The translations under genes and the position numbers were made by a program. A stretch of 34,421 bases of DNA. Origin: a bacterium. Lineage in GTDB: Bacteria > JACRDZ01 > JAJRWM01. Below the pieces are notes generated by a model, which saw nothing but the letters and a program-made list of their open reading frames with translations, made no database searches and had not been told where the DNA came from. This document shows positions 9,728 to 18,929 of the stretch, piece after piece. The DNA is taken from positions 1 to 34,421 of the forward strand of contig JAJRWM010000118.1 in NCBI GenBank assembly GCA_024276815.1, in the 5' to 3' direction. Within the stretch, counting starts at the first letter, position 1. Each line of letters starts with the position of its first letter.

Positions 9728-10681
9728 TTATATCAGGCCTTCTTGCAGAAGGTCCTTCAGCCAGGCCGTTTCCCGCCGCAGGCCGGTTTTTATGTCAACC
9801 AGCGGATTATACTTTAATTCCCGCTGAGCCTTACTGATAGAGGCGGCGGTATGCTTAACGTCGCCTTTTTGCCAGTCGAGATATTTAATCTTCAAGGGCT
9901 TGCCAAGGATCAGCTTCAACTCGTCGAATACCCGGTTTATGCTGATACGGGAACCGCCGCCGATGTTGTACACTTCTCCCGGACGGCCGCTGAGAGCCGC
10001 CCGCAGGTTCGCTTCCACAGCGTCAGTGTAAAAGGTGAAATCCCGGGTTTGCTCGCCGTTGCCATAAACCTGAATTACCTCGCCCTCAAGACCGGCCCTG
10101 ATAAATTTGTGAAACGCCATATCGGGCCTTTGCCGAGGACCGTAAACGGTAAAATATCTTAAGGAAACCGTTGGCACCCGGAAGTTTTTATAATAGAGAT
10201 AACAGAGGTTTTCCGCCGCCAGCTTGGTTACTCCGTACGGAGAAACCGGGCAGAGCCGGTCATCTTCCCGCATGGGGAAGCTGTCAACATCACCATAGAC
10301 CGAGGAACTGGAAGCGTAAATAAATTTTTTAAGCGGGTATCTTTTGGCGCACTCCAGAAGACGCTGGGTAACCTCGATATTACAACTGGTATAAATCTCG
10401 AAATCTTTGCCCCAACTGGCTCGGACGCCGGCCTGGGCGGCCTGGTGAAAGACATACTCCTGATCTTCGAAAAGCCCGGCGAGGGGGAACGATTTTAAAT
10501 CGGCCTCGATAAACCGGTAATTTTGATGGGTTAGGGCCGTTCTCAGGTTGTTCTTTTTAATTTTCGAGCTGTAATAATCGGTAAAACAATCCACCCCGAT
10601 TACCAGGTGTCCCTCTGCCAACAATTTTTCCGAAAGGTGCGAGCCGATAAAACCGGCCGCCCCCGTGACCAAACATTTCAT
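9728..10681 (-). CDS. NAD-dependent nucleotide-sugar epimerase/dehydratase (extended SDR)
   Basis: TGAAGFIG, HQAAQAGVR, ASSSSVYG, YGVTK (YxxxK), RYFTVYGPRQRPDMA. Confidence 0.92.
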   Translation of the reverse strand: MKCLVTGAAGFIGSHLSEKLLAEGHLVIGVDCFTDYYSSKIKKNNLRTALTHQNYRFIEADLKSFPLAGLFEDQEYVFHQAAQAGVRASWGKDFEIYTSCNIEVTQRLLECAKRYPLKKFIYASSSSVYGDVDSFPMREDDRLCPVSPYGVTKLAAENLCYLYYKNFRVPTVSLRYFTVYGPRQRPDMAFHKFIRAGLEGEVIQVYGNGEQTRDFTFYTDAVEANLRAALSGRPGEVYNIGGGSRISINRVFDELKLILGKPLKIKYLDWQKGDVKHTAASISKAQRELKYNPLVDIKTGLRRETAWLKDLLQEGLI

Positions 10682-10819
10682 TACCGTCCCTATCGTTAAT
10701 TTTATTGGCCCGGCTGAGGCCCAAGCTTGTCAAGATGATAAAACTGGCACGGCCGATTATAACTTAAAGGCGAATTAATGAAAAGCCGATTGCCCGCCCG
10801 GTCCAAAGAATATTTGAGG

Positions 10820-10849
10820 TTGGCTTGCTCTCTCCCTTTAGTTTATAAT
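10820..10849 (+). promoter_or_regulatory. Putative sigma70 promoter for the gspN-like gene (very short leader)
   Basis: TTGGCT-18 nt-TATAAT, 11 nt before the ATG; no Shine-Dalgarno visible. Confidence 0.4.
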
Positions 10850-10860
10850 AAGCAGTTATT

Positions 10861-11727
10861 ATGACTACTCGCAAAAAAATACTGTTCGCCAGCCTCTACC
10901 TGCTGCTTTTCCTGGTGTTAACCTTCTCTTTCCTGTTGCTGAAATTTCCCTATCGGCCCTTTATCCGCAAAGAAATTACCCGGTTCGCCCGGCAATATAA
11001 CTTTCTGGCTGAATACTCTGAGCTGGAATATGAGTTTCCAAATCACTTGGCGTTTAACGATTTTGTCCTGAAAGACCCGGCCATCCCGGCTCCCTATAAC
11101 AACGAGGTGCTGAAGCTGAAAAAACTTGAGTTGTCAGCGGTGCCATTTCCGCTAAAGAATGAGGTCGTTGTGACGTTTCAGGCCTCAGGGTACAGCGGCC
11201 GGTTGTCCGGGCAGGAACGTTTTAACTGGCGGGACAACTCGCACGACCTGGAAGCTGGGTTCCGGGATCTTGAACTCCACGACTATCCCCTCTGGGACAG
11301 AGTCACCCTGTTTACTTCCCTTGAGGGCCGCCTGGAAGGACGGCTGAATTTAAGAGGAAAATCCCTGAAAGACCTGCGGGGGAGGCTCGAGCTGAACCTG
11401 AAGGAAGCGGTCATTAAGGGTGTCAAAGCGCCCAGCCTGTTCAACGAGTTGAAATTCACGAAATCATCCGCGCTGTTAAGCCTGAAAGGGCGAAGACTGA
11501 AGATTGACCGGGTATCGCTGACCGGCGATATGTTCAAGGTGGAAGCGGACGGGGTAATGTCTCTAGCCGATAACCCGGGCGCGACTCCCCTGAACATGTC
11601 GATCAAGGTCTATCCGGTGCTTTTCGGCGCCAGCATCAACCTGCCGCTTCTGCCGCGGCAACAGCGGGAGTTTTTCAAACTACAGCTAAAAGGAACCCTG
11701 CGGCGGCCGCTGATTACTTCGCCTTAG
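10861..11727 (+). CDS. Type II secretion GspN-like (AsmA-superfamily) membrane-anchored protein
   Basis: N-terminal TM helix followed by FPY; beta-rich periplasmic region; C-terminal LKGTLRRP motif resembling GspN/AsmA-like C-termini. Family assignment is by recognition only. Confidence 0.55.
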   Translation: MTTRKKILFASLYLLLFLVLTFSFLLLKFPYRPFIRKEITRFARQYNFLAEYSELEYEFPNHLAFNDFVLKDPAIPAPYNNEVLKLKKLELSAVPFPLKNEVVVTFQASGYSGRLSGQERFNWRDNSHDLEAGFRDLELHDYPLWDRVTLFTSLEGRLEGRLNLRGKSLKDLRGRLELNLKEAVIKGVKAPSLFNELKFTKSSALLSLKGRRLKIDRVSLTGDMFKVEADGVMSLADNPGATPLNMSIKVYPVLFGASINLPLLPRQQREFFKLQLKGTLRRPLITSP

Positions 11728-14206
11728 ATTTCGCCGGTTTGCCAAACAGGGTCTCTTTCATCCGGGCCACCATCTTGTCGGCGTCCTTCTGACTGGTGCT
11801 TTCAGCGTAAATATGAAGCGAGGGCAGTTCGCTGTCCGGCAGGACCAGAACCCATTTTTGACTGGTTTCATTGATTTTGACGCCGTCAATCAGGTCCAGC
11901 TTGTCCGATTCCGCTTCCTCGATTAAAGAGCGCATCACCTCGCCCTTCATTTCCCAGGGACAATCCACCGTGTCCCAGGCGATATAATGAGACGGCAGTA
12001 AACTGACAATCTGGGAGACGGATTTCTTGTAGAAAGAGATCAGCTCGACAATTTTAGCCAAAGTGGAAACGATATCGAGAACCGGGTAGAAATCAGGGAA
12101 AATGATATGTCCCTGATCGTCGCCGGCGATAATGACTCCCTTCCTGGCCGCCGTTCTAATCAAAGACTCGCGACTGGTCTTGGTCCAGACAACCGAACGG
12201 AAGAATTGCTTGGCCATCTGCTCAACTATCTTCGAGATCGTCACCGGCACCGCGACCGAGCCGCTTTTGGTGTACTTCATTTGCAGGAAACAAAGAGCCA
12301 AAAGCAACTTCTCACCGGGAACCCGGACGCCTTTTTCATTGAAAAGTTCCAAGCTCTCGTTCCCCAGGTCCAAAATAACGCCAAAATCAGCCTTGACGTC
12401 GCCGACAACCTTGCTGATCTCAAGCCTGAGAGCCGCCAAATCATGAGTTTCCGAGAGGTTCTCGTTCAGCATGACAACTTCACACTGCAATTCCTCGAAT
12501 ATCGTCCGGAACGTCGGGGGGATACCATTGCCCATGAAATTAGCGACTATCTTTAAACCCCGCCGGGAAATCGCTTCCCGGTCCAGAGAATCCAGAAAAC
12601 TCTGAACATAGCTTTCGTCCAGCTTGGAAACAGGTTTGATCATACCCATTTCAGCGCCGTAAACCCGGCGAAAATCTTCCCGAAAGAAAATAGTCTCAAC
12701 CTTCTTCTGCTTGCCCCGATCAAGATCAAGACCCTTTGAATCGTAAAACTCCATGCTCAGGGAGTTTTCCTGCCCGGGAGTCGGTTTTACATAAATACCG
12801 CCGCTCACCCCCAAGGCCCCGACCCCGTAGCGAACAACCGCCGCCGGCAAAGCGTCCGCGTCAACGACATTGACCCCAACCGTGATCAGGCCGCTCTCAA
12901 TGACTCTCTTGAAGACCTGGCAGAGATGGTTCCCGCAGCCGGCAACCAGGATATTCGACCCTTTGGGTAAAGAGGAACCGAAAGCGGAACTGAGCTTGGT
13001 CGCGAATTCCGGAGTTATATCAACATTGGTGCGGCCGCTGACCCCGTAGGCGCCGAAGAGGTTTTTCCGCCAGCGTTCACCCCAGATCAGACTGGTTGAA
13101 AGAGAGGTTCCCATTTCGATAATTTTATTGGGCCAGATCTTGACGTTGGGCTGAATGGCGCTGTGTTCGCCCACCACGCAGTCATCGCTGATTATCGCGC
13201 CCTCAAAAACGGTTACCTGCGGTTCGGTGGTGACATTTTTACCCAAAACAGCGCCCCGTATCTCGGTTTTCCGGCTTAAATAGCACTTATTCCAGAGGAT
13301 GCCTTTTTTTATGGTGACACCCGGCCCGATATAGCAATCATCGCCAATGGTCGTGCCCTCGCTGATGACGGCGTTTTTCTCGATGACGCAGTTTTTGCCG
13401 ATTAGGGCCGGCGCTTCAATAACCGCCTTGGGATGAACCTGGGTTCCCTCGCCCACCCATACGCCCGGAGAAATTTCCTCGCCCGGCATTTCTATGCCGA
13501 CTTCGCCATTCAAAGCGCAGTAGTGAGTCTGGCGGTACTCAACCAGGTCGCCGATGTCGCACCAGAAATCTTTGGTTATATATCCGTATAAAGGAGCCTG
13601 CTTTTCCAGAAGCTTAGGGAATAACTGGTGGCCGAAATCGTAAACTTCCCCGTAAGGTATGTCTTCAAATATCTCCGGCTCAAAAATATAAATCCCGGTG
13701 TTGGCAGCGTTACTGAAAACCTCGCCCCAGGCCGGTTTTTCCAGAAACCGGGTAATCCGTCCCTTTTTATCCGTGATGACGACTCCGTATTCCAAGGGAT
13801 AATCAACCTGTTTTAAAACTATCGTGGCCAGGGCCTTGCTTTTCTTGTGGAACCTGACAGCGGCGGTAAGATCGACATTGGAGATACCGTCGCCGCTCAT
13901 GACCAGGAAGGTCTCGTTAAAATACTGTTCTACCTTCTTGACCCCGCCGGCGGTGCCCATTAAAATTTCCTCAGGCGAATAGAATATGCTCATCCCGAAA
14001 GACGAGCCGTCGCCGAAATAATCTTTTATTAAGTGAGGTTGAGAATGCAGGTTGATGGCGACTTCATTGATTCGGTGCCTTTTTAACAGGTTTAAAACAT
14101 GTTCCAGTACCGGGGAGTTGACAACCGGAACCATTGGTTTGGGTATGGTGCAGGTTAGAGGCCGTAAACGGGTTCCCACGCCCGCGGCCATGACCATCGC
14201 TCTCAT
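11714..14206 (-). CDS. Mannose-1-phosphate guanylyltransferase / hexapeptide repeats / phosphomannomutase-like fusion
   Basis: MAAGVGTRLRPLT, PKPMVP, GTAGGVK, WCDIG; LbH repeats; LFG..GVSG..N.DITPE start of the PGM/PMM domain; DGVKI..WVLVLPD at the C-terminus. Confidence 0.9.
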   Translation of the reverse strand: MRAMVMAAGVGTRLRPLTCTIPKPMVPVVNSPVLEHVLNLLKRHRINEVAINLHSQPHLIKDYFGDGSSFGMSIFYSPEEILMGTAGGVKKVEQYFNETFLVMSGDGISNVDLTAAVRFHKKSKALATIVLKQVDYPLEYGVVITDKKGRITRFLEKPAWGEVFSNAANTGIYIFEPEIFEDIPYGEVYDFGHQLFPKLLEKQAPLYGYITKDFWCDIGDLVEYRQTHYCALNGEVGIEMPGEEISPGVWVGEGTQVHPKAVIEAPALIGKNCVIEKNAVISEGTTIGDDCYIGPGVTIKKGILWNKCYLSRKTEIRGAVLGKNVTTEPQVTVFEGAIISDDCVVGEHSAIQPNVKIWPNKIIEMGTSLSTSLIWGERWRKNLFGAYGVSGRTNVDITPEFATKLSSAFGSSLPKGSNILVAGCGNHLCQVFKRVIESGLITVGVNVVDADALPAAVVRYGVGALGVSGGIYVKPTPGQENSLSMEFYDSKGLDLDRGKQKKVETIFFREDFRRVYGAEMGMIKPVSKLDESYVQSFLDSLDREAISRRGLKIVANFMGNGIPPTFRTIFEELQCEVVMLNENLSETHDLAALRLEISKVVGDVKADFGVILDLGNESLELFNEKGVRVPGEKLLLALCFLQMKYTKSGSVAVPVTISKIVEQMAKQFFRSVVWTKTSRESLIRTAARKGVIIAGDDQGHIIFPDFYPVLDIVSTLAKIVELISFYKKSVSQIVSLLPSHYIAWDTVDCPWEMKGEVMRSLIEEAESDKLDLIDGVKINETSQKWVLVLPDSELPSLHIYAESTSQKDADKMVARMKETLFGKPAKSKAK

Positions 14207-14215
14207 TTACACTCC

Positions 14216-15298
14216 TTATGTGGTTTCTCTCGCCAGTTTTTTTTTAATATAATCAATCACATCAATGGGCGTCGGGTCCACCTGGTTGAAGACGCCTAAA
14301 AAGTAACTGACATAGTCGCCAAGGTAGATCAGGGAAAATATCCGGGCCAGCAACGAATCGCCCTGGCTCTCAACTTCGATCATATCGCCGGCCTTGGGGC
14401 CGATAACGCGTTGACAAAGTCTCATCCTCCGCTGGTTGCGGGGATGGTCGTCTTTGTCCTTGAGAAAGATCGCGCCCAACAACCAGTTTATTTCGTTGTT
14501 GTTGCCCCAGCCAACTATTTCAGCATGGGTCGCTTCGGGGAAAACATTCTGAAAGGCGGGCTGCTTGGCGTTTTCATTGATCTGTTTTTTCCAACGTAAG
14601 GCCACGCCGCCGAAATGCTCCTGACAGGCGTATATTACCGGTAATTTACCATGCAGATGATAGGCGATTTTTTTGGCCGGGTTATCCACGACGTCCGAGA
14701 CGACGCAGTACGATTTGTTGAGCTGTTTGATTAAAGAAACGGTTTCCGTTATCTCTTGATTTTGCTCCTCGATCAGTCCCATCCTGGCGCAGATTACTAA
14801 AAGCGGAAAGAACAGATAACCGATTGTCGTGCGGGGCGGCATCCCTCCCGGCAGGAGGATTAAAGGGTTGCGGTCCTTCGAGCAAAGCTCTTTTAACCGT
14901 CCCCCCGAAGTTATTCCCAAAATCGGGCATTTTCGTTCCCTGGCCTGGGCGTAGCAACTTAAAGTCTCTTCGGTATCGCCGGAATAGCTTAGCGCGATCA
15001 ACAAGGCGTCGGATTTTACCCAGGCCGGCAGGTTATAATCCCGGTTCAGATATATGGGAACCCGGCAACGGCTGTTCAGATACGACCTCAACAGCTCTCC
15101 GCCCATTCCGGAACCGCCCATACCCTGAATGATAATTTGGGCCGGCCGTTGGGGAATACCCGCCGGATCAAAGTCTTCCCCGATCTGGCGAGCCTCCTGG
15201 CACTGACCGGCAAAATTCTCCAACACCAGGTTCATCCGGGCGGCGTCTATTTTATGTATCAGTTCCATATCGTCCAGATGCACTTCAAGCTCCGGCAT
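14216..15298 (-). CDS. Bifunctional phosphoglucose/phosphomannose isomerase (SIS fold)
   Basis: GMGGSG, SYSGDTEET, TSGG, RWKKQINENAK, PE..H.EIVGW, DPTPIDVI. Confidence 0.9.
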   Translation of the reverse strand: MPELEVHLDDMELIHKIDAARMNLVLENFAGQCQEARQIGEDFDPAGIPQRPAQIIIQGMGGSGMGGELLRSYLNSRCRVPIYLNRDYNLPAWVKSDALLIALSYSGDTEETLSCYAQARERKCPILGITSGGRLKELCSKDRNPLILLPGGMPPRTTIGYLFFPLLVICARMGLIEEQNQEITETVSLIKQLNKSYCVVSDVVDNPAKKIAYHLHGKLPVIYACQEHFGGVALRWKKQINENAKQPAFQNVFPEATHAEIVGWGNNNEINWLLGAIFLKDKDDHPRNQRRMRLCQRVIGPKAGDMIEVESQGDSLLARIFSLIYLGDYVSYFLGVFNQVDPTPIDVIDYIKKKLARETT

Positions 15299-17079
15299 TA
15301 AAATACCTCAACGATCAAACTTGAGATATTCTCCCGGGCTAACTGGTATATCTCCTCAGGGTAATGCAAATCCAACGCTTTTTGAGCGATTTCCCGGGCA
15401 TCCTTGAGAGTAACGGCCCGAATGATTTTTTTCATTTCCGGTATGGAAACCGCGCTCATGGACAGTTCGTCTAACCCCATTCCCAACAGAATCAGGGCGA
15501 ACAGGGGATTGCCGGCCATTTCGCCGCACATACCAACCCAGATACTGTGACTGTGAGCGGCGACGATGATCTGCTTGATTATCCGCAAGATCGCCGGGTG
15601 CAGCGGTTCATAAAGATAGGTGATATTCTCATTGCCCCTTTCAACCGCCAGGGTATATTGAATCAAGTCATTGGTGCCGATACTGAAAAAGTCACATGAC
15701 TTCGCCAGGATATCAGCGGTCAGGGCGGCGGAGGGAATTTCGATCATGGCTCCGACCTCCATCTCCTCATTGAAAGAGACGCCCTCTTTTCTTAGCTGAC
15801 CCTGTACTTCAGCCAGTATTTTTTTAGCCTGCTCCATCTCGTCAACGCCGGAGATCATCGGAAACATGATCTTCAGGTTACCATAAGCGCTGGCTCTGAG
15901 TATCGCCCGAAGTTGCTTGGTGAACATTTCCGGATATCTGAGACATAAACGAATCGCCCGCAGTCCCAGGAAGGGGTTGTCCTCCGTTTCGAAGTCGAGA
16001 TACGAGGTGAACTTATCCCCGCCGAGATCAACTGTGCGGATAATCACCGGGTAAGGAGCGTTGGCCATAGCGACTTCCTTGTAGGCCTGGAACTGTTCTT
16101 ACTCGCCGGGCAGGCTACTACGGTTCATATACAGAAACTCGGTGCGGTACAGGCCAATGCCCCGGGCGCCGTGTTCCAAGGCCGACGGCACCTCGGAAGG
16201 GAATTCAATGTTGGCGGCCAGTTCAACCAGGTGACCATCCCGGGTTTCCGCCGGCAGTTCCTTTAATTTGTATAACTCGCGGTCAATCTGGTCTAACCGC
16301 GCCCTGATCTTGCGATAGCGTTCCTTGGTGGTCTCGTCAGGGTTGATAATGACCAGACCCTGCTGTCCGTCAATAATCAGTTCGTCGCCGGTCTGAACTT
16401 GTTTGGTAATGTCCTTAAGACCGACAACCGCCGGTATTTCCAGAGACCGGGCGACAATCGCGGTATGCGAGGTCGACCCACCGATATCGGTCGCGAATCC
16501 CAAAACCTTGTTACGCACCATCTGGGCGGTGTCGGAGGGGGAAAGGTCATGAATGATGATGATGGTTTCCTGTTTCAGGTCCGCCAGGGAGATTTTTTCT
16601 TCCGTTTCCGTTAAATGTTTCAGCAACCTTCGGCCAATATCCTTGACATCGGCGTTGCGCTCTCTGAGGTACTCGTCATCCATGGAGAGAAACAGCTTGG
16701 CCAGTTTGTCAAGAACCTGCTTGAGAGCGTACTCGGCGTTAATCTGATTGTCGCGTATGAGACTGATAGTCTCATCAATCAGCATCTGGTCTTCCAGCAT
16801 CAACAGGTGGGCGTCAAAGATATGAGCGTGCTTCTCGCCGACTCTCCGGGCGATGATCTCCTTGACATGATTTACTTCTGTTTTGGTTTTCTCCACCGCC
16901 AGCTCAAAGCGGCTGACCTCGTCATCAATGCCATGATCAGCGATGTTCCGCCGCCGGGTCTTGATCTCTTCCATGCCGATAAGCAACACCGGACCCAGGA
17001 CCACTCCCGGGGAAGCGATAACTCCCTTGACCATAACGTTGGTTCGCACATTGTGCTTGTTTGGATTCTCCACCATCAC
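15298..17079 (-). CDS. ptsI: PTS enzyme I (PEP-protein phosphotransferase), interrupted by one in-frame TAA at 16099-16101
   Basis: GGSTSHTAI (phospho-His), GLYRTEFLY, LPGE*EQFQAY, RTVDLGGDK, NPFLGLRAIR, SIGTNDLIQY, MCGEMAG; both ORFs in one frame, 593 aa in total; no GAF domain. Confidence 0.92.
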
Positions 17080-17342
17080 TCTTCTCCAAAACCACTTTCA
17101 ATCAGCTCGGATAGTTTCCGCATAACAATTTCTTCATCTTCACCGTCAACGTAAAGAACCAGCTCCGAATCCCGGCCCGCGGCCAGGGTCAGGATACCCA
17201 TGATGCTTTTACCGTTAACCTTGTTGCCGTCCCGGGCTAAATACACATCCGCAACGTGTTGGTTGGTAATCCGCACCAGCAAAGCGGCTGGTCTCGCGTG
17301 TAAGCCTAATTTGTTCTTGATTATAAATGTTTTCTCGATCAT
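17076..17342 (-). CDS. ptsH: Phosphocarrier protein HPr
   Basis: GLHARPA (His15 motif) and NGKSIMG (Ser46 motif), 88 aa. Confidence 0.95.
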   Translation of the reverse strand: MIEKTFIIKNKLGLHARPAALLVRITNQHVADVYLARDGNKVNGKSIMGILTLAAGRDSELVLYVDGEDEEIVMRKLSELIESGFGEE

Positions 17343-17351
17343 CTCTCACTC

Positions 17352-18098
17352 TTAAAATATTAAAACGCAGCCCAAAAACAAGGTGATTAACAGCCACATC
17401 GGGGAAACGCCCCGACGCAGCAACAAAGACAGAAACAGGGTAATAACAGTAAAAATCAATAACAATAGATGGTAATTAACGTACTCCGGGATAGACCAGC
17501 CTACCCGGGCGGCGAAAACCGGCAAACTTCCCCCCAGAATAATCAAGCCCATCATCTTTAAAATCTTGATCAGGGTCTGACAGCGCAGGTTGAAAACAGA
17601 CTGGATGACTCCAAACTGTTGCTCGTATCCTTTCTTCAGGCCCCACCAGCGGGTAAACAGGTGGGGAACATTGTAAAGGATGAGAAAAACCAGCGGCGCC
17701 GTTTTCATTTGATAAACCAGGACCAAAAATACCGCGACCAGTCCGGCAAACGGTTTCAACGTCGCCCAGAACAAGGAATCGCCCAAAGCCGCGAAAGGTC
17801 CCATCATATTGATTTTTGCTTTTTTGATTTCCTCCTCGCCAGGCAGGCCATACTCCAGACGGCTTCTTTCCTGGCTGATAGTGTTGCCAATGATAAACGA
17901 CGCGAAATAAGGTTGAGTGTTAAAATATTCCAAGTGACGCCCGGCGATTCTCCGTTGCTCCCGGCTGTCCCTGGTTACGTGAGGAAGCGCCGGCAAAAGC
18001 GCGGTCAGAAAACCGATGTTTTGCATCCTCTCGTAATTCCAGTTCGCCTGGATAAAAAGAGATTGCCAGAATACTTTCAGCCGTTCAACGAATCTCAT
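17352..18098 (-). CDS. PTS mannose/fructose/sorbose family IID
   Basis: WNYERMQNIGF, HLEYFNTQPY, MGPFAALGDSLFW. Confidence 0.92.
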   Translation of the reverse strand: MRFVERLKVFWQSLFIQANWNYERMQNIGFLTALLPALPHVTRDSREQRRIAGRHLEYFNTQPYFASFIIGNTISQERSRLEYGLPGEEEIKKAKINMMGPFAALGDSLFWATLKPFAGLVAVFLVLVYQMKTAPLVFLILYNVPHLFTRWWGLKKGYEQQFGVIQSVFNLRCQTLIKILKMMGLIILGGSLPVFAARVGWSIPEYVNYHLLLLIFTVITLFLSLLLRRGVSPMWLLITLFLGCVLIF

Positions 18099-18101
18099 AA
18101 T

Positions 18102-18920
18102 CTACCTCCACTCAATACCCTTCTTCACAACCAACAGGTAGATTACGGGAACCAGGGTCAGAACCAGACCCAAGGTATAAATTGTATACCACAAAACGTC
18201 CATCTTTACAACCCAAATCAGCAAAAACCCCCAGATAAATCCACCCCACATGAACAAAGAAAGATCTCTCCGGTAAAAAAGAGACATCAACGCGGCCAGA
18301 CCAAGAGCCGGCAACAAGTAATAATAGACCTTGAGGGGAATCGCCAACTGCCCGTTCAGTAAAATCTCTCCCCCCTGCCTGAGAGGTTCTCCCCACCAAT
18401 TAATCAGCCAATGTACCGGCAAGACAAAAACTAGCAATAACAACAAGATACGAGTAAAATTAAAGAGCAGTCCCCACCATTTCAAGCGATACAGCCCGGT
18501 GAAGTCGCCGGCTTCAAGATAATTCCCGGCTTTGGCTATCAAGCGGTTGTTGAAACGCCGCAACCAGACTTCGCTGGAATTACCGGCATGGCCTATCGGG
18601 ATCACGATAATTGTCATGATAACCATCAGGGCGTTGATATTCCAGCCGGTCATTTTCGAGATCATGATTAACCAGATAACGCCCAGGATACCCATCAGGG
18701 TGACATCCGGCGGAACATGACCGCCAATGGGAAGCGAACCGGCCCAGATCAGCTCCAGCAAAGCGCCCAGGAGCAAACCGTTAAAATAATCGCCCAGGCA
18801 GTAACCAATAACCGCGCCGGTAACAACCGGTCTCGATAACTGGAACTGCCCGAAACTGACCGAATCAAGACCAAGCAACGCTCCGATGAAACAAGCGCTG
18901 ACAATTTCAGTTAACATCAT
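18102..18920 (-). CDS. PTS mannose/fructose/sorbose family IIC
   Basis: SRPVVTGAVIG, GALLELIW, PIGGHVPPD; hydrophobic. Confidence 0.88.
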   Translation of the reverse strand: MMLTEIVSACFIGALLGLDSVSFGQFQLSRPVVTGAVIGYCLGDYFNGLLLGALLELIWAGSLPIGGHVPPDVTLMGILGVIWLIMISKMTGWNINALMVIMTIIVIPIGHAGNSSEVWLRRFNNRLIAKAGNYLEAGDFTGLYRLKWWGLLFNFTRILLLLLVFVLPVHWLINWWGEPLRQGGEILLNGQLAIPLKVYYYLLPALGLAALMSLFYRRDLSLFMWGGFIWGFLLIWVVKMDVLWYTIYTLGLVLTLVPVIYLLVVKKGIEWR

Positions 18921-18929
18921 TGCTCCGCC

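Noticed and set aside
10745-10759. Sigma54 promoter upstream of the gspN-like gene (TGGCACG)
   Set aside because: The -12 position reads ATTA with no GC; a better sigma70 -10 lies downstream
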